This document shows positions 36,831 to 44,793 of a stretch of DNA of 44,793 nucleotides, one piece after another. Made by a program: the position numbers and the translations under genes. The DNA is from Deltaproteobacteria bacterium (GTDB taxonomy: Bacteria; Myxococcota; JACRCW01; JAFGSX01), in the NCBI GenBank assembly GCA_016934455.1, contig JAFGSX010000266.1, forward strand, positions 1-44,793, given 5' to 3'. Numbering within the stretch: position 1 is the first letter of the stretch; each line of letters opens with the position of its first letter. The notes beneath the pieces were generated by a model. The model saw nothing but the letters and a program-made list of their open reading frames with translations. It did not search any database and was not told the DNA's origin.

Positions 36831-38357
36831 TGTGCGCACGTTGGATTGCCGCAGCCGCTCGGCCAGGGTCTTGGCGAACAGCCGGTAGATGCACAGCGCC
36901 GCGGTCTCGTGTCCGTACAGGTACTGGTCAAAGCGCTCGTGCGAGATGAACAGCGCGCGCACCGGCGTGGCGGCGACCACGCGCGCCGAGGTGGCGGCGT
37001 CGTCGACCAGCGACATCTCGCCGACGTAGGCGCCGGCGTGTAGCGTGGCCAGCGGGGTGGCGGCGCTGCCCTCGACCCGCAGCACCTGCACGTCGCCGGC
37101 CAGGATCACGGTCAGCCCGTCGCCGCGCACGCCCTGCTCGATGATGGTGGCGTTGCTGGTAAAGGTGACCTCCTGGCACATGCGATAGAGGTCCTTCATG
37201 TCGACCAGCGTCAGCTCGCCGAAGATCGGGATCGCCTTGAGCTGGGCGTAGGGATCGATGGCAGGCGCCTGCCCGCTCGCCCGCTCGGCAAAGGGATCGA
37301 TCAGCGACGAGAAGGGATCGCTGCTGGGCGTGGCTGCCGGCGGGATCTGGAAGGCCGCGGCGGCGGCCTGGATCGGCGCGGCCGCGGGCGCCGGCGCAGC
37401 TACCGCGTGGATGGCCGGCATCGCGGCGAAGGTGATCGGCCGGGGCGCGCTGGCCGGTGGCAGCACGGTACCGGTGATCACGGCGCCGGCAGGTGCGGCG
37501 GCGAGCGGTGCACCCTCGACGGCCGGCGGTGAGGCCTGCGCCGGCAGCACCCGCTGGTCGCCGACGCTGCGGCCGCCGAGCTGCTCCTGGATGCGCGCGC
37601 GCACCAGGTTGGCCTGATCGTAGCGGCCCAGCCCCTCGAGCAGGCGCGCCAGCCGCTGGTACAGGCCGGTGTGGTTGCGCGCGGCCGGGCACTGGCGCAC
37701 CGTGTCGATCACGATCTGCGCGGCCTGATCCATGTGGCCGTAGCGCTCGAGCAGATCGGCCAGCCGCTCGACCGCAGGCACGCGCTGCGCGTCGTCGATC
37801 GGCACCAGCCGCAGCATCTCGACCTCGCCGCGCATGTTGGCCGTCTGCTGGTAGACCTGGGCCGCCTGCCAGAACCGCTGCTGGCGCGCCAGGCACTCGG
37901 CCAGCGCATCCGATGGGCCCGACTGCTGGTGCAGCTCGAGCGCGGCGCCGAGCTGGCCCGCGCGTTCGAGCGCGGCCGCAGCGCGCACCAGGTCGCCGCT
38001 GCGCTGGTGGCAGCGGGCGGCCGAGGCGAAGTCCGAAGCCTGCTCGAAGCTGCGCGCCGCCTGGGCAAAGTCCTTGGCCAGCTCGAAGACGTGACCGGCC
38101 GAGGCAAAGTCGCGGGCCTGGGCGAACATGGCCGCCAGATGTTTCTGCGTCGACGACGAGGCGCTCTTGGCCTCGGCCAGCAGCTCCTTGGCGACCGTGG
38201 CGCCGGTCTCCTCGTACAGCCGCGCCGCGGCCTCGACCTCGCCGCGCGCGATGTGGCCGCGCAGGAACTGAACCACCTTGCTGGTGGCGACGAAGGCGCC
38301 GCTGTCGTCGGCGCCGTCGACGAACTCGAACTCCATCTCTCCCGCCCAGCGGGCCAT
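36828..38357 (-). CDS. TPR/alpha-solenoid protein with C-terminal cNMP-binding domain
   Basis: ATG 38357 with GGAGGT RBS; repeated AA.xFE.A.DF helical units; Pro/Ala linker; IPIFGEL...IIEQG...VGEMSLVD..TSARV. Confidence 0.85.
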   Translation of the reverse strand: MARWAGEMEFEFVDGADDSGAFVATSKVVQFLRGHIARGEVEAAARLYEETGATVAKELLAEAKSASSSTQKHLAAMFAQARDFASAGHVFELAKDFAQAARSFEQASDFASAARCHQRSGDLVRAAAALERAGQLGAALELHQQSGPSDALAECLARQQRFWQAAQVYQQTANMRGEVEMLRLVPIDDAQRVPAVERLADLLERYGHMDQAAQIVIDTVRQCPAARNHTGLYQRLARLLEGLGRYDQANLVRARIQEQLGGRSVGDQRVLPAQASPPAVEGAPLAAAPAGAVITGTVLPPASAPRPITFAAMPAIHAVAAPAPAAAPIQAAAAAFQIPPAATPSSDPFSSLIDPFAERASGQAPAIDPYAQLKAIPIFGELTLVDMKDLYRMCQEVTFTSNATIIEQGVRGDGLTVILAGDVQVLRVEGSAATPLATLHAGAYVGEMSLVDDAATSARVVAATPVRALFISHERFDQYLYGHETAALCIYRLFAKTLAERLRQSNVRT

Positions 38358-38391
38358 GGCCGACCTCCGTCCAAGCCTCGAACGAGCGCGC

Positions 38392-38420
38392 ATTATCCCC
38401 GGTCGCCCGGGCCGTGCCAA
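38392..38420 (-). promoter_or_regulatory. Putative promoter for the TPR-cNMP gene (sigma70- or sigma54-like)
   Basis: Minus strand TTGGCA-N17-GATAAT; the same bases also read TGGCACG-N4-GGGC (GG-N10-GC). Confidence 0.35.
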
Positions 38421-38517
38421 GCGCAGCCGCAGCGCGCTGACCGGTCGACGCCGTCGGCCCGCCCGGAGTATCATGACCGTAGGGCAATCCGACAAGGCGG
38501 CTCGACGGAGGCCAGCG

Positions 38518-40161
38518 ATGATCAAGAAGAGTGTCCCGGTGGCAGCGGCGCTGTTGGGCCTTGCCGTCCTGATTCGCTTCTCGGCCTGCAACTGCTCGCC
38601 CGGCGCCGCGGCCGGCTCCCCCTGCGAGACGGCTGCGGACTGCGCCGGCGACCTGGTGTGCGACCCGGCCACCCACACCTGCGCCGACCTGAGGTGCACC
38701 GGCCACGCCGACTGCGGACGCGGCGCCTACTGCAGCGGCGACCACTGCGTCGACAACCGGGTCGGCGGCCCGTGCCAGGTCGATCTCAACTGCGTGGCCG
38801 GCGAAACCTGCATCAACGGCACCTGCGGTCCGATCGCCGGCCCGGGCGGGAGCTGCGACAGCGCCGAGGATTGCACGGCGCCGCTGATCTGCAACCCGCA
38901 GACGGACACCTGCGTCGACAGCCTCGCCTGCACCACCCACGCGGACTGCGGTCCGGCCGCCCACTGCACGGCCGACGGCGTGTGCGAACGCAGCGTCACC
39001 GAGAGCCCGTGCGACGACGACACGCAGTGCCTGGCCAGCGATCAGTGCATCGGCGTGGTGTGCGTGCCGGACGAGTGCGAGGGGCAGGCTTTTTCGGCCG
39101 ATCGGGTGCCTGCCAACGTGATGATCGTGCTCGACCGGTCGAGCAGCATGACCCAGAACATCGGCTCCGACGGCAGCAAGTGGAACGTCGCGAAGGCCGC
39201 CATCGCGCAGATGCTGGCGGCGCACGGCTCCGAGATCCGGTTTGGCCTCAACCTGTTCCCGGGCACCAACCAGTCGTGCGAGGGCGCCCCCACCTGCCAG
39301 CCGAGCCCAAACAACAATCCCGCCGACTATGGCTTTGTCCCCGTCGACATCGGCGACAACACGGCGAGCACGATCGATAACTATCTCGCCAACACCGGCA
39401 CCTGCAACGCGCGCACCCCGGCGGCCGAGGATCTGCAGTTGCTGCGCAGCTACGACGGGCTCAAGGACACGACGCGAGGCAACTACATCCTGCTGGTGAC
39501 CGACGGCCAGGCCAACTGCAACGATCCGGTGCCCCAGGTCGAAGCGCTGTACGCTCAGGTTCCGTCGGTGCACACCTTCGTGGTCGGTTTCGGCAGCGGG
39601 GTCGATCGGAGCCAGTTGACGGCCATGGCCATCGCCGGCGGAACGGCGCGGCCCCAGACCCCCAACTACTACCAGGCCGACGACGCCGCATCGCTCAACG
39701 ACGCCTTTGCCGCCATCGCCGGCGCCGTGCTCGGCTGCGAGTACTCGCTGGTCGGCGTGGCCACGGATCCAGATCAACTGACCATCTACTTCAACGGCGT
39801 GCGCGTGCCCCGCGATCCCTCCGGCGTGACGGGCTGGGAATACTACCCGGCGACGGGGCGACTGACCTTCTCCGGCAATGCCTGCATCGCGCTGCAGCAC
39901 GGCGTGGTCACCGATCTCACCATCGTCTACGGTTGCCCGCTCGAGCAACCGGCCAAGCCGGACGGCGGCACGCCGCGCGATGCGGGCCCGGGGACCGATG
40001 CCAGCGGCAGCCGCTGCAATGACCGCTGCATTCACCCGTGCGGCAACTGGGCGTGCCTGCTGCCGGAAGGCGTGTGCGGCCCGTGCGAGGGCGACGGCGA
40101 CTGCTGCCCCAACTCGGTCTGCCTGATCGACGAGGGTATCTGCCTGGTGGTCGGCGGCTGA
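38518..40161 (+). CDS. Cys-rich vWA-domain lipoprotein (CglB-like adhesin architecture)
   Basis: GGAGG RBS; lipobox FSAC; about six C-x4-D/Q-C modules; MIDAS VLDRSSSM, RTP, LVTDG, TFVVGFG; Cys-rich tail. Confidence 0.82.
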   Translation: MIKKSVPVAAALLGLAVLIRFSACNCSPGAAAGSPCETAADCAGDLVCDPATHTCADLRCTGHADCGRGAYCSGDHCVDNRVGGPCQVDLNCVAGETCINGTCGPIAGPGGSCDSAEDCTAPLICNPQTDTCVDSLACTTHADCGPAAHCTADGVCERSVTESPCDDDTQCLASDQCIGVVCVPDECEGQAFSADRVPANVMIVLDRSSSMTQNIGSDGSKWNVAKAAIAQMLAAHGSEIRFGLNLFPGTNQSCEGAPTCQPSPNNNPADYGFVPVDIGDNTASTIDNYLANTGTCNARTPAAEDLQLLRSYDGLKDTTRGNYILLVTDGQANCNDPVPQVEALYAQVPSVHTFVVGFGSGVDRSQLTAMAIAGGTARPQTPNYYQADDAASLNDAFAAIAGAVLGCEYSLVGVATDPDQLTIYFNGVRVPRDPSGVTGWEYYPATGRLTFSGNACIALQHGVVTDLTIVYGCPLEQPAKPDGGTPRDAGPGTDASGSRCNDRCIHPCGNWACLLPEGVCGPCEGDGDCCPNSVCLIDEGICLVVGG

Positions 40162-40262
40162 GCCGGGGCCTCGCTGCGACCCGATCGGCGCCGCTGATAC
40201 CGCTTGAACCCTTTGCCGGTAGAGCGGCTCTCACCCGGCGCGGACCGGTCACCGGAGCAGCC

Positions 40263-40646
40263 ATGGCATCCTGGCTCAAATCTTTGTTTTCACCAAAGAA
40301 AGTCGTGCAACCGGTCTCGCTGACCGACCAGAACTTTGCCCAGGAGGTGCTGCAATCGAAGCTGCCGGTGCTGGTCGATGTCTGGTCGGACGGCTGCGCG
40401 CCCTGCATGCAGCTCGAACCCATCGTCATGGATCTGGCCGCGCGCTACGAGGGCCGCCTCAAGGTGGCCGAGCTGCACGCGAGCCGCGCCCCGCGCACGC
40501 TGGCGCGGCTGGGCGTGCGCGGCACGCCGACCGTGCTCTATTTCAAGGCCGGGCGCGAGGTGGAGCGCGTCGTCGGCTTTCGCGGCAGCCTGTACCACCG
40601 GGACTTCATCGAGAACGAGCTGCTGGAGGCCGGGGCTGCGGTCTGA
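40263..40646 (+). CDS. Thioredoxin family protein
   Basis: NFAQEVLQSKLPVLVDVWSDGCAPC, GVRGTPT, FKAG; GGAG RBS. Confidence 0.88.
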   Translation: MASWLKSLFSPKKVVQPVSLTDQNFAQEVLQSKLPVLVDVWSDGCAPCMQLEPIVMDLAARYEGRLKVAELHASRAPRTLARLGVRGTPTVLYFKAGREVERVVGFRGSLYHRDFIENELLEAGAAV

Positions 40647-40699
40647 GTCGAGATCCGACGGGGCGCGCGGCGGAATGTGGCGTCGGCCGGGATGACCCG

Positions 40700-40729
40700 T
40701 TGACTTGCAGTCCAAGCCGCGGCTAGCGT
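40700..40729 (+). promoter_or_regulatory. Putative sigma70-type promoter of the DUF4178 operon
   Basis: TTGACT (40700-40705), 18-nt spacer, TAGCGT (40724-40729). Confidence 0.3.
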
Positions 40730-40771
40730 CGGGGACAGCCGCGGTGGGCGCCGCGGCCGGGAGCCCGCGAC

Positions 40772-42679
40772 GTGAGCCGTGCCGTGCAATGCCCGAGCTG
40801 CGGTGCGCAGCACGAGGTCCAGAACCCGGGCATCACCGCGCTCGGCTGCCGCTACTGCCACACGCTGATCTACTGGGACGAGCAGGCGGTGCACGACTCG
40901 GGCCGCAAGGCTCTGCTCGACCCGCCGTCGTCTGCGCTGCGCGTGGGCGAGCCGTGCACGCTCAACCGGCAGCACCACCAGGTGCTGGGCCGCGTCCGCT
41001 ACACCTACGGCGCCGGAGTCTGGGACGAGTGGTTCCTCGAGTCGCCCCGGGGCGAGATCGTCTGGCTGACCGAGGACGAGAAGGAATTCGCAGTCGAGAA
41101 ACCGGTGTCGGCCGACCCCCGGCTGCCGCCGTTCGAGCAGCTTCGCGTCGGCGCCACCGTCACCGTCCACCAGCGCCCGTTTCTGGTCGAGGAGCTGGGC
41201 CGGGCCACCTGCCAGGGCGTCGAGGGGCAGGTGCCGTGGCTGGTGCTGCCCGACGAGGTCTACCCCTTCGCCGACCTGGCCAGCCCGGACGGCAAGATCT
41301 CGCTCGGCGTCGAGTACGATCAGCAGGGCGCGCCGTCGCTGTTCCTGGGCGAGTTCGTGGAGCGCGGCGCGCTGCTGGTTCAGGGCGGACCGCCGTTTCC
41401 GGAGCAGGTGGCCACCGGCGTCGGCGTGCGCTGCGCCGGGTGCGGCGCTCCGATCGAGCACCGGTTCCCGCCCGAGACCAGCATGCTGGTGTGCCCGCAG
41501 TGCGGGGCCGGCCTGCAGTTGAGCGCGACCCAGACCAAGGTCATCACCCGCAACAGCGAGCAGGTCAGCTTCACGCTCGCTATCGGCGACGTCTGCACCT
41601 TCGACAAGCTCAAGTACGAGGTGGTCGGCCGCCTGCGCTACGTCGAGGAAGGCGTCTACGTCAGCGACGAGTACCTGCTGTGGGCCGACCAGCAGGGCTA
41701 CCTGTGGCTGGAGGAGTCCAACCGGCACTGGGTGCTCAACCGGCGCAGCCACCAGGCGCCAGGCGTCGACATCTTCTCTATGCTCAAGCCCAAGGACAGG
41801 ATCAAGATCGGCGCCACCAGCTTCCAGTTTGTCGAGAGCGGCACCGAGGAGCTACGCTACGTCGACGGCGCGCTGCCCTGGCTGGCGCAGGTGGGCGAGC
41901 GCTTTCAGTACGCCGATCTGGTGGCGCCGCCCAGGTCCTACTGCGCCGAGCGATCGGTCAACGGCGACAGCCAGGAGATCGAGTTCTTCGCGGGGCGCTA
42001 TGTCCCGGTCGAGGAGATGGAGCGGGCCTGCGGCAAGAAGCTGAGCCGCTCGCTCGGGGTGGCAGCGGCGCAGCCCTTCATCCGGACGCGCGTCCAGACG
42101 GCGTTGATGTGGATCGGCATTCTGTTCACGCTGCTCAACGGTGCGCTGTGCGGCATGGCCTCGACCCGCGGCGGCCGGGTGGTGCTGCGCGAGCAGTTCA
42201 GCGCCGAGCAGTACCGGGCCGAGGCGTTGAGCCAGCCGTTCCAGATCCGCTTCAGGCCGTCGGTGGTCGCCATCAGGAGCCGCGCGCCGGTCGACAACGC
42301 CTGGGTGTCGACCCAGCTTGGCATCGTCAACGCCAACGACGAGGTGCTGTTCGACACCGAGGACGACGTCAGCTACTACCACGGCGTCGAGGGCGGCGAG
42401 TCGTGGAGCGAGGGCTCGCAGTCGTCGACCCGCTACATCCGCATCGACCAGCCGGGCTGGTACCGGCTGCTGGTCTACGGCCAGGCCGGCACCGGCGAGG
42501 CGCCGGCCGCTTCCGGCGGGCCGACCCTCGCCATCGAGGTCAGCGAGGGCGTCATGCCCGGCCGCTATTTCTGGTGGATGATCGTGCTCAGCGCGCTCTA
42601 TCCGCTGAAGGAGATCCTGCGCAAGTACAGCCACGAGAAGCGGCGCATTCCGTCGGACGACGACGATGACGACGATTGA
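40772..42679 (+). CDS. DUF4178 domain membrane protein with two zinc ribbons
   Basis: CPSC..CRYC and CAGC..CPQC each followed by a GR.RY....W/S.E[WY].L...WL.E repeat with GQVPW/GALPW; two TMs flank YYHG.EGGESWSEG; poly-Asp tail. Confidence 0.8.
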   Translation: MSRAVQCPSCGAQHEVQNPGITALGCRYCHTLIYWDEQAVHDSGRKALLDPPSSALRVGEPCTLNRQHHQVLGRVRYTYGAGVWDEWFLESPRGEIVWLTEDEKEFAVEKPVSADPRLPPFEQLRVGATVTVHQRPFLVEELGRATCQGVEGQVPWLVLPDEVYPFADLASPDGKISLGVEYDQQGAPSLFLGEFVERGALLVQGGPPFPEQVATGVGVRCAGCGAPIEHRFPPETSMLVCPQCGAGLQLSATQTKVITRNSEQVSFTLAIGDVCTFDKLKYEVVGRLRYVEEGVYVSDEYLLWADQQGYLWLEESNRHWVLNRRSHQAPGVDIFSMLKPKDRIKIGATSFQFVESGTEELRYVDGALPWLAQVGERFQYADLVAPPRSYCAERSVNGDSQEIEFFAGRYVPVEEMERACGKKLSRSLGVAAAQPFIRTRVQTALMWIGILFTLLNGALCGMASTRGGRVVLREQFSAEQYRAEALSQPFQIRFRPSVVAIRSRAPVDNAWVSTQLGIVNANDEVLFDTEDDVSYYHGVEGGESWSEGSQSSTRYIRIDQPGWYRLLVYGQAGTGEAPAASGGPTLAIEVSEGVMPGRYFWWMIVLSALYPLKEILRKYSHEKRRIPSDDDDDDD

Positions 42680-42703
42680 GCGTGAGCTCGAGCAGCGGGG
42701 AAG

Positions 42704-42907
42704 GTGATGTGGCGATTCGGAATGGTGCTGTTGCTGGCGGTGGGCACGGTCGGCGCCTGGCTGGGCAGCGCCTACGGCTGGGGGCTGCCGGGCCCGGAGG
42801 ACAAGCCGGTCAGCATCCGCCAGGGCTCGGCCCAGGGCCCGCGCATGCTCTACTTCATCGGCACCGGTCGGCACCACGCGGGCGGCGGCTATCGAGGCGG
42901 CAAGTAG
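42704..42907 (+). CDS. Small membrane protein of the DUF4178/DUF350 operon
   Basis: One TM, SIRQGS and Gly-rich GGGYRGGK end; tight operon spacing (start GTG 42704 or ATG 42707). Confidence 0.7.
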   Translation: MMWRFGMVLLLAVGTVGAWLGSAYGWGLPGPEDKPVSIRQGSAQGPRMLYFIGTGRHHAGGGYRGGK

Positions 42908-42924
42908 GGTAAGGAGGGAGATCC

Positions 42925-43143
42925 ATGGACGAGATGATGAAAGACCTGGTGCACGTTCCGGCGACCATTATCTACTCGCTGATCGGCATGCTGGTGATGG
43001 GCATCGCCTTCTGGATCATCACCAAGATCACGCCGTTCTCGATCCGCAAGGAGATCGAGGAGGACCAGAACACCTCGCTCGCCATCCTCATCGGCTCGGT
43101 GATCGTCGCGCTCGCGATCATTATCGCCGCCGCCATTGTCTGA
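42925..43143 (+). CDS. DUF350 family small membrane protein
   Basis: AGGAGG RBS; two TMs with KITPFSIRKEIEEDQNTSLAI. Confidence 0.85.
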   Translation: MDEMMKDLVHVPATIIYSLIGMLVMGIAFWIITKITPFSIRKEIEEDQNTSLAILIGSVIVALAIIIAAAIV

Positions 43144-44707
43144 CGGCGGTGGCGCCCCGCAGATGGTCGACGACGCCCGCATCCGTCGCCGCCACGGTCT
43201 GCTGCTCGGCTCGGTCTTCGCGGTCGCCATCTGCGGCCTCTGCTACGAGCTGATCGCGGGCGCGCTCTCGAGCTACCTGGTCGGCAGCTCGGTCACCCAG
43301 TTCTCGATCGTCATCGGCCTGTTCATGTTCGCCATGGGCGTCGGCTCGTTCTTGGCGCGCTACGTGCGCCGCGATCCGCTGACTGTCTTCGTGGCGGTCG
43401 AGATCGCGGTCGGCGCGGTGGGCGGCGGCGCCGCGCTCGGCCTGTTCTACGCCTTCACCTTTCTCGCCAGCTACCTGCCCTACCTGGTGCTGTCGACGCT
43501 GGCGGTCGGCACCCTGGTCGGCCTCGAGATCCCGCTGGTGGTGCGCGTGCTGCGCGACCGCGACGCCTTCGGCGAGGCGGTCTCGAGCGTGCTGGCGCTC
43601 GACTACGTGGGCGCGCTGCTCGCCAGCATCCTGTTCCCGCTGCTGCTGGCGCCGTACCTCGGCCTGGTGCGCTCGGGCTTCTTGTGCGGGTTGCTCAACG
43701 TGGGGGTGGCCGGCCTGGCGCTGTGGCTGCTGCGCGCCGAGATCGCCTGGCGCCGGCCGCTCGATCTGGCCGCGCTGCTGGCCGCGGTGGCGCTGCTGGC
43801 CGGCCTGGTGACCGCGGGCGGGCTGACCCGGTTCGCCGAGGACCGCCTCTATCAGGACGAGATCGTGCTGGCGCGCGAGACCCCCTACCAGCGCATCGTG
43901 GTCACCCGCTGGCGCGACGACGTCCGGCTCTATCTTAACGGGCAACTGCAGTTCTCGACCGTGGACGAGGCGCGCTACCACGAGCCGCTGGTGCACGTGG
44001 CGCTGGCCGCGGTGCCGGGCGCGCGGCGGGTGTTGATCCTGGGCGGCGGCGACGGCATGGCCGCGCGCGAGGTGCTCAAGCACCAGAGCGTCGAGCGCAT
44101 CGATCTGGTGGACCTGGACCCGGAGATGACGTCGCTGTTTGGCCGGCACCCGCTGCTGAGCGAGCTCAACGGCGGCAGCCTGCGCGACCCGCGGCTGACC
44201 GTGCACAACGCCGACGCCGGCAAGTTTCTCGAGCGATCGGGCGCGACCTGGGACGCGGCCATCGTCGCCCTGCCCGATCCGTCGAGCGCGGCGCTGGCGC
44301 GGCTCTACTCGACCAGCTTCTACCGGCTGCTGCTGCGCCACCTGGCCGCGGACGGCGCCCTGGTCACCCAGGCCACCAGCCCGTTCTACGCGCCCGACGC
44401 CTTCTGGTGCGTGGTCGAGACCATCGAGCAGACCGGCCGCCAGGACGCGCCCGGCCTGACGGTGCTGCCCTTTCACGCCAACGTGCCGAGCTTCGGCGAA
44501 TGGGGCTGGGTGCTGGCGACGCGGCGGACGCTCGACGTCGGCCACCTGCGGCTCGACGTGCCGACGCGGTTCCTCACCGCCGCCACGCTGCCCGCGCTGT
44601 TCGCATTTCCGGCCGACCTGCAGCGCCGCAGCGTCGACGTCAACCGCCTGGACCAGCCGGTGATCACGCGCTACTACGAGCGCGGCTGGCGCACGTACAA
44701 CAACTGA
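43136..44707 (+). CDS. speE: Membrane-bound polyamine aminopropyltransferase (spermidine synthase-like)
   Basis: About 7 N-terminal TMs (CGLCYEL, GLEIP, LDYVG), then TPYQ, LNGQLQFS.DEARYHE, LGGGDG, VDLD, DA, VPSFGEWG (alternative start ATG 43163). Confidence 0.88.
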   Translation: MSDGGGAPQMVDDARIRRRHGLLLGSVFAVAICGLCYELIAGALSSYLVGSSVTQFSIVIGLFMFAMGVGSFLARYVRRDPLTVFVAVEIAVGAVGGGAALGLFYAFTFLASYLPYLVLSTLAVGTLVGLEIPLVVRVLRDRDAFGEAVSSVLALDYVGALLASILFPLLLAPYLGLVRSGFLCGLLNVGVAGLALWLLRAEIAWRRPLDLAALLAAVALLAGLVTAGGLTRFAEDRLYQDEIVLARETPYQRIVVTRWRDDVRLYLNGQLQFSTVDEARYHEPLVHVALAAVPGARRVLILGGGDGMAAREVLKHQSVERIDLVDLDPEMTSLFGRHPLLSELNGGSLRDPRLTVHNADAGKFLERSGATWDAAIVALPDPSSAALARLYSTSFYRLLLRHLAADGALVTQATSPFYAPDAFWCVVETIEQTGRQDAPGLTVLPFHANVPSFGEWGWVLATRRTLDVGHLRLDVPTRFLTAATLPALFAFPADLQRRSVDVNRLDQPVITRYYERGWRTYNN

Positions 44708-44793
44708 TTGCGCTGCTCACTTTGCTTGAGCCTATTTTTGGCGGGTCCCCGCTGATCGGCGGAAGTCTTTTTGTCGTCGCTGCGCGGCGAAAA

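Noticed and set aside
36928-40035. 1035-aa minus-strand ORF and other long track ORFs (4007-5902 +, 11855-13780 -, 20022-21665 -, 21535-23805 -, 26498-28318 +, 33687-35504 +, 40705-42669 +)
   Set aside because: Antisense or off-frame shadows of well-supported genes, rich in Arg/Ala/Gly and without motifs, as expected at high GC.
44745-44775. Terminator after speE
   Set aside because: Stem is only about 5 bp with a wobble and is separated from the T run.
1-44793. Prophage, IS element or known anti-phage system (e.g. Pycsar/CBASS suggested by cNMP domains)
   Set aside because: No integrase, transposase, phage structural gene or nucleotide cyclase recognised; the cNMP domains are fused to an ATPase and TPR repeats rather than TIR or TM effectors.

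Overview
High-GC (roughly 70% by eye), gene-dense chromosomal segment whose protein repertoire points to Myxococcota/Deltaproteobacteria (inference from Cys-rich lipoproteins with DAG/DGG linkers, a vWA lipoprotein and a PP2C). Left to right: (1) minus-strand run of PP2C, M23 peptidase, lipoprotein amidohydrolase and a >920-aa IPT/TIG-repeat lipoprotein that leaves the window and is absent from the ORF track; (2) a ~13-kb surface-glycopolymer operon (DUF2079-like, flippase, two GT4, LtaS-like, methyltransferase, YfhO-like, GlpT-type MFS, aminotransferase); (3) a caspase/gingipain-fold-like protein, M50B peptidase and malQ; (4) an ~11-kb minus-strand run headed by a cNMP-binding PilB/GspE ATPase and followed by six predicted lipoproteins, one with glucan-water-dikinase-like domain order; (5) a divergent orphan gene with a T3SS needle/filament-type C-terminus, converging on a second cNMP-domain protein; (6) vWA lipoprotein, thioredoxin and a DUF4178-DUF350-speE operon whose SpeE lacks the catalytic Asp. 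No rRNA, tRNA, CRISPR array, transposase or integrase was recognised. Best candidates for undescribed biology are the cNMP-ATPase/filament-like/cNMP module (33411-38357) and the exported dikinase-like protein with its lectin-fold lipoprotein array (24091-33414). All family calls come from motif recognition by eye, not database searches.
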